DNA of 32,000 nucleotides from Candidatus Jordarchaeales archaeon. GTDB taxonomy: Archaea; Asgardarchaeota; Jordiarchaeia; Jordiarchaeales; Freyrarchaeaceae. Under the pieces are notes generated by a model. That model saw nothing but the letters and a program-made list of their open reading frames with translations. It searched no databases and was not told the DNA's origin. The stretch is taken from contig JAWCFL010000001.1 in the NCBI GenBank assembly GCA_038858525.1, positions 90,001-122,000 on the forward strand, in the 5' to 3' direction. The position numbers and the translations under genes are program-made. Shown piece after piece: positions 1 through 9,710 of the stretch (positions within the stretch are counted from its first letter, which is position 1; the number at the start of each line of letters is the position of its first letter).

Positions 1-78
1 GTTTTCGAATTTCTTTTCTTTTAGAGCGCGTTCCGGGTAAAAGTAGCTTACGTGAGTTTCTTCGTTAGACGATGACAA
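1..78 (-). CDS. Hypothetical protein, N-terminal fragment running off the window edge (MSSSNEETHVSYFYPERALKEKKFEN...)
   Basis: TTG at 78 preceded by SD-like GGTGAGGG; frame is open for 26 codons to position 1; co-oriented with the upstream gene run. Confidence 0.35.
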   Translation of the reverse strand, partial: MSSSNEETHVSYFYPERALKEKKFEN

Positions 79-136
79 GCCCTCACCATCCACCTTTTCT
101 CTGGAAAGATAAAAAGGATCTAGTTGAATATAAAAA

Positions 137-2740
137 TTATTGAGTGGTAGATATTTTTTGTCTTTGTCCTGGTGGACTTTTTTTCGTGTTATTTCTTTTT
201 TGGGTAGAACCGTGCAGGAGAAAGAGCATTATGACTAGGATGGCTGTTATGGTTATTGTAAGCGGGATTCGCCATGTGACTTGTTGTGAGACTACTAATG
301 GGAGGTTTAGGGGCACTCTGTGTTCCGTTATTGTTATAGATTTGGCATCTGAAACATATATTTTCCCATTTTCCGTTGTTGCTACTGCGTAAATTACTAT
401 TTTGTTTTCGAGTTTTGTTGTGTCAAGTTGGAAGCAAACTTTATTTTCCTGTGAGGTTTTCGTGATTGTTTTTTGTCCACTTATAACTATAACTGTTAGG
501 TTAACAATTCTGTAGGGATGAGTGGCTGTAATGCTTATTGATACTGTTTCGCCTTTCTTTGCTTCCGAGGGAATTTGTATATTGAACTGTGCCGGGGCTA
601 TGTCTCCAGCTAACCATTCACACAAAGATTTGAATAATTGAATGTTGTCTTTTTCTGTTACCGAGGTGTTTTTCCATAGATCTAGGTCGGCGACAAACGC
701 TACTTTTCCATTATGCCATTCGATGCATGAGGCAATGATGTATTCTTGAGTGATGGATGGAGCAACAAGTAATGGTCTTCCTCCCTCGACTTTTCCAGGG
801 TCTTCTAGCAGGATTTCGTTTGCCCTGAATGTTTGAGGCGCTTTCGTGCATCTGGCAATTACAGTACCTGATAGACTCGATGTTGAGAAAGCGACATTAA
901 AGTATGATGCGAGCTTGTTCGCGTTACTTGCTAGAGCTGGGTCATTCTCTCCGATTATAAGTAGGCTTCCACCTGATTGGACAAAGCTAAGTACGGCTTC
1001 AATCTCGTCTTTAGTATAGTTTTGTGAAGGGTAATAAACGACGAGTATGTCGAAGTTTCTAAGGGTTTCGAGTGTTATTTCGCTGGTAAGTTTCTCGAAG
1101 TAGAATAGACTTGCGTTGAGTGTGTTTCTGAGGATAGAGGTGTTGTTCCAGAGTTCCAAATAACGGTCTTGTTGATGATACTCATCGATAAGGATTTTTA
1201 TGGGAGCTCCCACCTCAATAATGGTTTGAAAGGGAGAGAAGCCTTCTTTGGTCACCGTTACGTTATATATGCCTCTTTCAGGGCAGGGAAAACGTATTTC
1301 GCCGTTTTTGTCTGTGATGTATGTGTGGTAGTAGTTTAATCCTTTTATGCACACATAAGCACCGTTAATGGGAGCGTTTCCATCTGAAACCCTGAGTGTT
1401 GTTATGCGCCCAGGAACCAAACGATTATCGACTTCTAAGTTTAAGCTCTTTATCGGCCCGAAGCATACTGGAAGCTCAGGGTCACCTAGAAGGATGTACT
1501 CAAGGAACAGTTGGGTATACGTCACGTTGTTTTCAAGTAGATTTTTGTATGACTTATAGTATTCCTCCTTAGCTTTGTATAGGGCGTACCCTGGACGTTG
1601 GTTGAATGGCTGGTCTGCACTGAAGAAAACTTTGAAGAAGGTGTAATCGAAGAAGGTGTCTGCGGCGTCGTTTATCGTGTCACCGCCGAAGGTTGTTCTG
1701 GTTGACGCTATAACCGCTATGGCGCCACCTCCAGAATTTTTAAGTAAAGATTCTGCAATGGAGTCGGTGCCACCATCAATGTAACCTGCAAGGCACGCTG
1801 ATATGAAAAACAAAGGTAGACGGTAACCATTAGAGAGGTTTTTCGCGGTATTTGAAGTTAAAAATGGTGGGGAGTTTTGCGCAATATAAAGACCAGTTTG
1901 GCTTCCGTGAGAGCATATATTAACTATCGCTACCCCTTCGCTGACTTTCTCCATAAAAGATTGCTCTGTGAGGTTGTCAAAATTCCGTATACTGTCATAT
2001 GTGAGGAGAGTATATCCGGATGGGAGTTGGGGGAATGCTTTTAGGGTGACTTGTTTAGCTCGCCACCCTTGAATATCTTGAAAGGAGTTTATTTCGCCTC
2101 CTATAAGGAGGACTTTACTCGTCCATTCACCAGAATGCGTATATAGGTATCGCTCGTATGTTAGAGTTTTGTTTATGAAGGCTTCTAGTTCATCCGTAGA
2201 GGAGACGGGTATTCTTCCCACGTAGATTTCAGGAGACCAGTCTATTTCTCCGGGCTCACCGTAGCGGCCATCATTATCGTCGTCAAATGAGCCATCGAGA
2301 GCAGCATAGTAGTAATCTGAAGGAATAAGATTGTTGCCTATAGTAAAATATCTTATCGGAATTTTATCGACGTCTCCCACTAGGAGAACCCACTGCACTC
2401 CTTTTGAAACGTATAGGCTCTTTAGGAAGTTGCGAATTTTTGATGCGTTGTCTTCGCCCATGAAGTTCTGGTAAATAAAGCCTATCGTGTAGATTTCTGC
2501 GGGAAATCCCTTGAGAGATTTCCACTCGGCGAGAGGACGGACGAGATCAACCCATTCATCGCCCACAATTATCACATACTTTACGCTGTTATCCATAAAA
2601 AAGGTGGGAGTGCATGGAGGAGATGGAGAAGGAAAAGTATACAGAGAGTATAATTGTGGAGGCTGGTTTAGAACGGGTGATGCTAGAGTGGCGAGTATTA
2701 GGAAAAGCGGTAGTACAGCTTTCCTGAACGTTCTCATCAT
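137..2740 (-). CDS. Membrane-anchored secreted C25 (gingipain-like) cysteine peptidase with a GldG/IFT52 (GIFT)-like domain
   Basis: N-terminal signal-like helix; C25 motifs VLLVGDVDKIP, SDYYYAALDG, EIYVGRIPV; His/Cys catalytic dyad in SHGS and SACLAG; later ILIDEYH...FDILVV...NYTKDEIEAVLSFVQSGGSLLIIGE resembles GIFT/DUF4350; C-terminal TM helix. Start trimmed to the ATG after GAAGGAG. Confidence 0.85.
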   Translation of the reverse strand: MMRTFRKAVLPLFLILATLASPVLNQPPQLYSLYTFPSPSPPCTPTFFMDNSVKYVIIVGDEWVDLVRPLAEWKSLKGFPAEIYTIGFIYQNFMGEDNASKIRNFLKSLYVSKGVQWVLLVGDVDKIPIRYFTIGNNLIPSDYYYAALDGSFDDDNDGRYGEPGEIDWSPEIYVGRIPVSSTDELEAFINKTLTYERYLYTHSGEWTSKVLLIGGEINSFQDIQGWRAKQVTLKAFPQLPSGYTLLTYDSIRNFDNLTEQSFMEKVSEGVAIVNICSHGSQTGLYIAQNSPPFLTSNTAKNLSNGYRLPLFFISACLAGYIDGGTDSIAESLLKNSGGGAIAVIASTRTTFGGDTINDAADTFFDYTFFKVFFSADQPFNQRPGYALYKAKEEYYKSYKNLLENNVTYTQLFLEYILLGDPELPVCFGPIKSLNLEVDNRLVPGRITTLRVSDGNAPINGAYVCIKGLNYYHTYITDKNGEIRFPCPERGIYNVTVTKEGFSPFQTIIEVGAPIKILIDEYHQQDRYLELWNNTSILRNTLNASLFYFEKLTSEITLETLRNFDILVVYYPSQNYTKDEIEAVLSFVQSGGSLLIIGENDPALASNANKLASYFNVAFSTSSLSGTVIARCTKAPQTFRANEILLEDPGKVEGGRPLLVAPSITQEYIIASCIEWHNGKVAFVADLDLWKNTSVTEKDNIQLFKSLCEWLAGDIAPAQFNIQIPSEAKKGETVSISITATHPYRIVNLTVIVISGQKTITKTSQENKVCFQLDTTKLENKIVIYAVATTENGKIYVSDAKSITITEHRVPLNLPLVVSQQVTWRIPLTITITAILVIMLFLLHGSTQKRNNTKKSPPGQRQKISTTQ

Positions 2741-2768
2741 CTCCTTCAAATGATGTTGGGGTTCTCGC

Positions 2769-3878
2769 TCAGTATATGTCTTCTTTTGATTCTTCTTCTT
2801 TTTCCTTTGTTAATTCTTTTACCGATATTCTCTTTAGTAAAAGATTTCCCATCGAATTTTCTACTTTTATTATATATTCTCCATCGTTATCCACTCGTGG
2901 AAAGACGAAAACCAAGCTTTCTAGAGGGAACCATAGTTCCACGTTTGTTGACCATGAATATGTCTCAAAGATGTCCTGTATATGACTTATAGTTATTTTT
3001 ATGTCTTCAAGTCCTTTTTCAGAAGAGTTTTTAACCATTATCTTAAGCTTCTTTCCTTGCTCCATTAGTTCTATGCCTTCTAGCTCAACGGGGCTCTCAC
3101 GCATTAGCTCAACTTGCCTAGTTTTTAGTGGGCTTTTCTCGGAAAGGGTGACGCTTCTAATCGGGGTCTGTTCACCATAGAGATGACTGAGGAGAAAATA
3201 AACAAGACTTTTCTGTTTCTCTGCATCAAATTGAAGAGAGTCTATAACTTTTCGGGAAACTTCAGGTATCACTGAGACGCATATGTCCTCCAGCATAGAG
3301 ACTATATGCTTGCTTTCTTCGATGAGTGACTTATCTCCCTCGCTTTTGACGGGTTTAATTTTAGCTTCTTCAGCTAAAATTAGGAGGTAGAGGTTATCAT
3401 AGAACTGCTTCTGTATCTTTTCTCTTAACGCTCTTAGGAGCTCCTCACCAAGCGGCTTTGCTATAGATGTAGGAGCGCTCACTATGAGCACAAAGACCTC
3501 TTCTGCCTCCTCATCTATTCCCGCTCTCTCTTTTTTCCTAGAGGACCTGGCGGTGAACTTTGTTCCAGAGTATACTTTTCCGCCAAACTCCATGTCAACA
3601 TGATCCACGTTTCCTTTGAACTCGTTAACGCCAAGCCACCAAACAGGGTGACGTTGGAGAAGTCTGATGACGGATTTATTGCCTTTCAATTCGTGAGGTA
3701 TTGTGAAAAGAATTAGATGCCCTTTTGCTTCATGAAAGCAACACAGGTATATTTCAATAAACTCAGAGAAAGCGGTTATCTTTGAATTAGCGTATGTACT
3801 ACTGTTCTCAACTTCGCTCTTTTGCATAAAAGACTCTGCTATTTCATTACTGGGATTCCTAGACGGATGCTCAACCAT
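2769..3878 (-). CDS. Hypothetical protein with a longin/uDENN-like N-terminal domain and a C-terminal beta-sandwich
   Basis: 369-aa ORF with SD; IYLCCFHEAKGHLILFTIP resembles the uDENN FD-x3-GP-x5-P start; predicted beta-beta-alpha-beta-beta-beta-alpha-alpha order; C-terminal LKIMVKNSSEKGLEDIKITI is Ig/appendage-like. CDS is secure, fold call is inference. Confidence 0.75.
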   Translation of the reverse strand: MVEHPSRNPSNEIAESFMQKSEVENSSTYANSKITAFSEFIEIYLCCFHEAKGHLILFTIPHELKGNKSVIRLLQRHPVWWLGVNEFKGNVDHVDMEFGGKVYSGTKFTARSSRKKERAGIDEEAEEVFVLIVSAPTSIAKPLGEELLRALREKIQKQFYDNLYLLILAEEAKIKPVKSEGDKSLIEESKHIVSMLEDICVSVIPEVSRKVIDSLQFDAEKQKSLVYFLLSHLYGEQTPIRSVTLSEKSPLKTRQVELMRESPVELEGIELMEQGKKLKIMVKNSSEKGLEDIKITISHIQDIFETYSWSTNVELWFPLESLVFVFPRVDNDGEYIIKVENSMGNLLLKRISVKELTKEKEEESKEDIY

Positions 3879-3897
3879 CTTAAACCCTCAATGAAGC

Positions 3898-4353
3898 TCA
3901 ATACCTTTCGCTTTCGAGCTGGGGGGAGACAGGCTGCAACTCTATGTTGTAGTAACGGGCGTACCTTTTAAATCCGTTAACCCACTTCTTGCTTATTACT
4001 CCGATAAGCTTTCCGTTTTTGTCTACCACACCCACGCGCTTTATCTTGGTCTTCTCGAACAAATCCTTGATTTCGTCTATTGAAGCGTCTTCGCGTACCG
4101 TGATTATGTCGCGAAACATTATATCTTTAGCCTTATACTTTCTAGGGTCTTCCTCCTTAGCGATAAGTCGGAATATTGCTCCATCTGTTATTATGCCCAC
4201 AACGTTGCCTTCATGGTTGACTACAAAAACGCTACTCACCCAGTTGTCAATCATAAGCTGGGCGACTCTAGACAAGGAATCATCTTCGTTACACGTAACA
4301 ATTTCTCTCATGGCAATATCCAAAATGGAAAATGAACGATTTTCTGACTGCAA
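3898..4353 (-). CDS. CBS-domain pair protein
   Basis: Two CBS repeats (IAMREIVTCNEDDSLSRVAQLM...VVGIIT; DIMFRDIITVREDASIDEI...LIGVIS). Start moved to TTG at 4353 behind SD AGGGGG. Confidence 0.9.
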   Translation of the reverse strand: MQSENRSFSILDIAMREIVTCNEDDSLSRVAQLMIDNWVSSVFVVNHEGNVVGIITDGAIFRLIAKEEDPRKYKAKDIMFRDIITVREDASIDEIKDLFEKTKIKRVGVVDKNGKLIGVISKKWVNGFKRYARYYNIELQPVSPQLESERY

Positions 4354-4603
4354 TATTATAAACCCCCTAATACCTAAATTTTGATAAAATATAATTTTTA
4401 CCGTGCCACGAGTTCTAAACAGGGAAAGAAAAACGCACTTTAATATTCCACGACCATACAATTCGATGTATTTTTCATTTGCTCCCCCTCCTTTTAGAGG
4501 CCTCTCAGGGGGCTTTCGCCACTAACTTATGTCAGACATTTAGTTTCGAACCGCCATTCCTCTCCTCATTTAAGAAGAGAGGAACTTTAGAAAATTAGAA
4601 TAG

Positions 4604-4739
4604 TGCCTCGGCCGGGATTTGAATTCCCTTAGCTTTTTAAACAGCTACCCGGGTCAAGGGGTCGAGTGGGCAGGTTGTAAGCCTTGAGCCCCTTATGCTT
4701 GGCCGTTACAGCCTCTAAAGGTGACTACACCACCGAGGC
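4604..4739 (-). tRNA. tRNA-Glu(CTC) with three non-canonical introns: 16/17 (4706-4722), 34/35 (4666-4685), 53/54 (4624-4647)
   Basis: Removing 17+20+24 nt leaves a 75-nt cloverleaf GCCTCGG TG GTGT AGTCCGGCCAA GCAT A AGGGG CTCTCGA CCCCT TGAC CCGGG TTCAAAT CCCGG CCGAGGC A; BHB-like junctions; CCA not encoded. Confidence 0.92.
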
Positions 4740-4766
4740 ACTCGAATACTCTCGGTAAAAGTGCAG

Positions 4767-4780
4767 TTTATTAACCTTTC
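4767..4780 (-). promoter_or_regulatory. BRE/TATA promoter of tRNA-Glu
   Basis: Minus strand GAAAGG-TTAATAAA ending 28 nt upstream of the tRNA 5' end. Confidence 0.65.
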
Positions 4781-4823
4781 GCACACTATAAGAAATGGAG
4801 GGATTCGTAGGGGGCGCGCCGTA

Positions 4824-5468
4824 TTGAAAGTTACTTTTTCCCCTGTAGCTTTATCTAAGGTTTTCTACGTAGCACTTAACAACAGAGATGTTGAAGTAGC
4901 AGGTTTTCTCGTAGGGCGAGTTAGTGGAGATCACGTTTTGGTGACTGATAGTTTATGGGTGGGTGGCAGAGGGGGAAGAGTCCATGTGGAACTTGACTTT
5001 GATGCCATGGCTAAGGTTGCTGGAAAGCTAGAGGAAGATGGGGGAGACGAAGTTATAGTTGGATGGTGGCACAGTCACCCGGGGATGGGGGCAGATTTTA
5101 TGTCGGCAACAGATATTAAAACGCAATGTGTGTGGCAAGCGCTTTTTCCTTATGCCATAGCGCTTATCGTTGATCCTGCGGAATACGAGAAGAGAGGAAT
5201 TAATAAGAGGAGCTGCAGTCTTTATAAGGCGGTAAGTAGTGGATATGAAGCAATTCCCTTTGATACGATGTTAGACTTAAATGAGCTGGTCTCTGCAGGT
5301 TTGAGGTCTATTAAAAGAGCTTTAGAAGGGGAGGTTAAATTTACCTTAACGCAAAAAGAAAAGGTAATTTACAAGGAGAGAATTATCGAGAAAACTGGTG
5401 AAATAATTGCGCTCGCTCTCTCAATTTGGACAGTAATACTTGCTCTCCTTTTCTGGGTTCTTTCTTAA
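4824..5468 (+). CDS. JAB1/MPN+ (JAMM) metalloprotease, Rpn11/CSN5-like, with a C-terminal transmembrane anchor
   Basis: EVAGFLVG (catalytic Glu), VGWWHSHPGMGADFMSATD, ALIVDP; last 21 aa hydrophobic. The GTG start at 4761 overlaps the tRNA promoter, so TTG at 4824 is preferred. Confidence 0.9.
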   Translation: MKVTFSPVALSKVFYVALNNRDVEVAGFLVGRVSGDHVLVTDSLWVGGRGGRVHVELDFDAMAKVAGKLEEDGGDEVIVGWWHSHPGMGADFMSATDIKTQCVWQALFPYAIALIVDPAEYEKRGINKRSCSLYKAVSSGYEAIPFDTMLDLNELVSAGLRSIKRALEGEVKFTLTQKEKVIYKERIIEKTGEIIALALSIWTVILALLFWVLS

Positions 5469-5583
5469 AACATCTCCTCGTGAAAGTTAAAAATTATGAA
5501 ACGTAGAAAGAAGGGCTGAAAAAGGGGACGCTTTATTCAAAGAGACACTGATGATTTAGGTTCCACTATGCGGAAGAATAATT

Positions 5584-6723
<1,140 letters not shown>

Positions 6724-6784
6724 TCAGTAGTCGTCTACAATTAAACAAAACAGAAAGGCAGCATACAAGTGAAAATAAAGTGTT

Positions 6785-6931
<147 letters not shown>

Positions 6932-6957
6932 TCCGCTTTTTTCAGTTGCAAAAAAGA

Positions 6958-6971
6958 TATTTAAAACTTTT
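6958..6971 (-). promoter_or_regulatory. BRE/TATA promoter of tRNA-Phe
   Basis: Minus strand AAAAG-TTTTAAATA ending 27 nt upstream of the tRNA 5' end. Confidence 0.65.
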
Positions 6972-7014
6972 CTTACTCCACAGGAATACTTTAACATAAA
7001 GATTAAAGAGGTCA

Positions 7015-7323
7015 TTATTTCAGAGACATTTCAATAAATATTTCTTCTGGGATGCGTATTCTCATTATCTGCTTAAGCGTGCGCTCGTCGGGGTCATGAA
7101 GAACTATTAGTCGCTTATGTATTCGCATCTCCCATTTGTCCCATGTGGCCGTACCTTGTCCTGACGGACCCTTCCTCACTGGAACGCGAAGTCTCTTCGT
7201 TGGTAAAGGTATCGGGCCAGCTATTCTCACGCCTCTTTTCTTGGCTAGCTCTTTGATCTGACTACACACTTCGTCCAGCTTTTGGTGATCCGTGCTTGAG
7301 AGCTGAATTATCGTTTTCTGCAA
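7015..7323 (-). CDS. rpsJ: 30S ribosomal protein S10 (uS10)
   Basis: [16 protein letters not shown] and [10 protein letters not shown] motifs; TTG start after SD AGGTGA. Confidence 0.97.
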   Translation of the reverse strand: MQKTIIQLSSTDHQKLDEVCSQIKELAKKRGVRIAGPIPLPTKRLRVPVRKGPSGQGTATWDKWEMRIHKRLIVLHDPDERTLKQIMRIRIPEEIFIEMSLK

Positions 7324-7392
7324 TAACGTCACCTTTCCTACCGGTAGTATGCAGGGTAGTGGTGATGGAAAGGGGGTTAAAAAGTTTTTTGA

Positions 7393-8247
7393 CTAGTATA
7401 GAGCGAAATCCAGAACTCTGCCACATGAACAGCTCCTTTCTTTGGGGATTGCTTCGACAACCTTGTAAAGTAGCTTTCTCACTTTTTCTATGTTTTCGCG
7501 CATGCTTTTTGCAACTTGTTCCGCCGTGACTGGCCTTATGCCGTAAACGTCAACGTCTGTTGGCATAGCTATAGTAGCGAAGCATATTTCAGCTTCCTTA
7601 GCTAGGACACACTCCGGATAGGCCGTCATGCCAACCACGGAGAAACCTTGATTTTTATAGAAAAGACTCTCTGCCCGGGTCGAGAAACGTGGACCATTTA
7701 TGCAAACGTATGTTCCTTCTTCATGTATTTTGTAGTTGAGTTCATGTGCACAATCAATTATTACTTTTCTCAGTTCAGGGCAAAATGGATCTGCGAATTC
7801 TACGTGCCCTACAACGCCTCCCTCGAAAAACGTGTCTTTTCTCTGCCCAAAGGTTCTGTCGAAGATCTGATTGACTATAACAAACTCTCCGGGTTTGATT
7901 TTTTCTGGTTGCAAGCTACCACACGCGGCGGGAGAAATTATTCGTTGCACACCTAGGCTTTTCATGGCCCATATGTTTGCTCTGTAGTTTATTTCGTGCG
8001 GTGGAATGGTGTGGTATCTTCCGTGCCTAGCGAGAAAGGCGACTTTTCTCCCTTTTACCAGTCCTACTATTATGTTGTCTGAGGGGGAGCCGTAAGGAGT
8101 ATAAACCTTGATTTCCTTTGCCACCGAGAAGATGGCTGGATCGTAGTTTCCTGTTCCGCCTAAGATGCCTATTTCGCATGGAAGAAGTTCGTCTATTTCC
8201 TCTCTAGTTGCGTTTATTGGCACATATAGAGGAGTAATTTTCCTCAA
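7393..8247 (-). CDS. mtnP: S-methyl-5'-thioadenosine phosphorylase
   Basis: IGILGGTG, TPYGSPS, FLARHG, INYRANIWA, GPRFSTRAES, VVGMT motifs. Confidence 0.93.
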   Translation of the reverse strand: MRKITPLYVPINATREEIDELLPCEIGILGGTGNYDPAIFSVAKEIKVYTPYGSPSDNIIVGLVKGRKVAFLARHGRYHTIPPHEINYRANIWAMKSLGVQRIISPAACGSLQPEKIKPGEFVIVNQIFDRTFGQRKDTFFEGGVVGHVEFADPFCPELRKVIIDCAHELNYKIHEEGTYVCINGPRFSTRAESLFYKNQGFSVVGMTAYPECVLAKEAEICFATIAMPTDVDVYGIRPVTAEQVAKSMRENIEKVRKLLYKVVEAIPKERSCSCGRVLDFALY

Positions 8248-8405
8248 GACAAATTACCCTCCTCGCCTAACATGCTGTAACGGATAGTTATTCAGCGATA
8301 TGGTTTTTAATCTTTTTGTCGTTCGCTATGGCTGTTAGCTGATGCGTATGCATTGGAAAATAAGATAAGGAAGGATCTCTTATTTGAGAAAGTTGTGTAA
8401 CCATA

Positions 8406-9692
8406 TTAGTTGATTTCGATTACTTTTCCTGTTCCTTGAGGAGCTGTTATTTCTCCTTGCTCCATTACTATGACGCCATTAGTTATTGTTATTTCGGGTT
8501 TTCCTTTCGTTTTCCATCCTTCGAATGGAGTTTGCTTTGCTTTTGAGTAAAACTTTTCGGGTTTTATTTTGTCTTTCTTTTTTGGTTCTATTATTGTTAG
8601 GTCGGCGTCGTATCCTTCATCTATTTTTCCTTTATTTTTTATTTTGAATATTTGAGCTGGTTTCTCTGAGAGGACCTCCACTAGTCTTTGCAGAGTCATT
8701 CGTCCTTTATTTAGCTGTGTTAGCATTAGTGGAAGAGTGGTTTCTAGCCCGGGAAACCCTGGTGCTGCTTCGTGAAATGAAGCTTCCTTTTCGTCTTTCT
8801 GGTGGGGGGCGTGGTCACTCGCAACAACGTCTATTATGCCTTGATTAAGAGCCTTCCATAGCGCTTCTAAGTCTTCCTTGCTCCGTAGGGGGGGAAGAAC
8901 CTTTAGGGAGGACCCTTTTTTTTCTAAGGCCTCCTGTGTGAGGAGGAGGTGGTGGGGTGTAACTTCGCATGAAAGGAGAGGATGGAACAGTTTCATCTTT
9001 TTTATGGCTTCCACCGTGAATTTCGATGTTATGTGGCATAGGTGTAGTTGGCAACTCGACTTTGCAGCTATTTCAGTATGCATTAATGCAGCTATCAGTT
9101 CCACGAATGATGTGTGAAGCTGGAGGAACTGACGAGGGGATGTATAAGTCTCCGGTAGGGGTAGTTCAGGATGCACGGCAACTGGTTTATTGTTTGTAGC
9201 GGCGGCTTCGAAAAGAGCGCGTAAGGAAAGAGAAAGTTCTATGTCTTTGGGGTATAGTTTGAGGGCTACTATGCCTTCATTTACTATTTCTTTAAGACTG
9301 CTTAAGTTATGTGGGAAAAGGGAGAAAAAACCGATATTGACCACCGCTTTTTGGCTGGCAATGCGCTTTTTCATTTTAATTACTTTAACGGAGTTTGTTT
9401 GAGGAATAGTGTTTGGCATGTCGAGAACCGTCGTTATTCCGCCTGCTGCCGCTGCGCATGTTCCAGTATAATAATCCTCTTTGTATGCTTGATTTAGGTC
9501 TCTTAGATGCACATGCACGTCTATTAGTCCGGGTAGAACTATTTTGTGGTAAGCATTTATGGTCTTCTCGCCATGCCCTTGAAAGCTCTTGCATAGCTTA
9601 ATTATTTTCCCAGACGATATTACTATTTCTCCTTCTGTGAGGTGGTTTCTCCAGAGGAACCTGGCGTTTCTTATGATTAGGTCTGGCTGCAT
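8406..9692 (-). CDS. pyrC: Dihydroorotase (type I, amidohydrolase superfamily)
   Basis: PGLIDVHVHLRD, AAAAGGITTVLDMPNT, CEVTPHHL, VVASDHAPH, PFEGW motifs. Confidence 0.85.
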   Translation of the reverse strand: MQPDLIIRNARFLWRNHLTEGEIVISSGKIIKLCKSFQGHGEKTINAYHKIVLPGLIDVHVHLRDLNQAYKEDYYTGTCAAAAGGITTVLDMPNTIPQTNSVKVIKMKKRIASQKAVVNIGFFSLFPHNLSSLKEIVNEGIVALKLYPKDIELSLSLRALFEAAATNNKPVAVHPELPLPETYTSPRQFLQLHTSFVELIAALMHTEIAAKSSCQLHLCHITSKFTVEAIKKMKLFHPLLSCEVTPHHLLLTQEALEKKGSSLKVLPPLRSKEDLEALWKALNQGIIDVVASDHAPHQKDEKEASFHEAAPGFPGLETTLPLMLTQLNKGRMTLQRLVEVLSEKPAQIFKIKNKGKIDEGYDADLTIIEPKKKDKIKPEKFYSKAKQTPFEGWKTKGKPEITITNGVIVMEQGEITAPQGTGKVIEIN

Positions 9693-9710
9693 GAGAACAC
9701 CGTTTTCACG

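Noticed and set aside
4660-4695. tRNA-Leu(CAA) with a canonical 37/38 intron
   Set aside because: No BHB forms at 37/38, the variable arm is short and the body is Glu-type; the 34/35 BHB is good
5490-5560. Possible C/D-box sRNA (two CTGA and a TGATGA) between the JAMM gene and trpS
   Set aside because: Box order and spacing do not fit C-D'-C'-D, and no terminal stem is present
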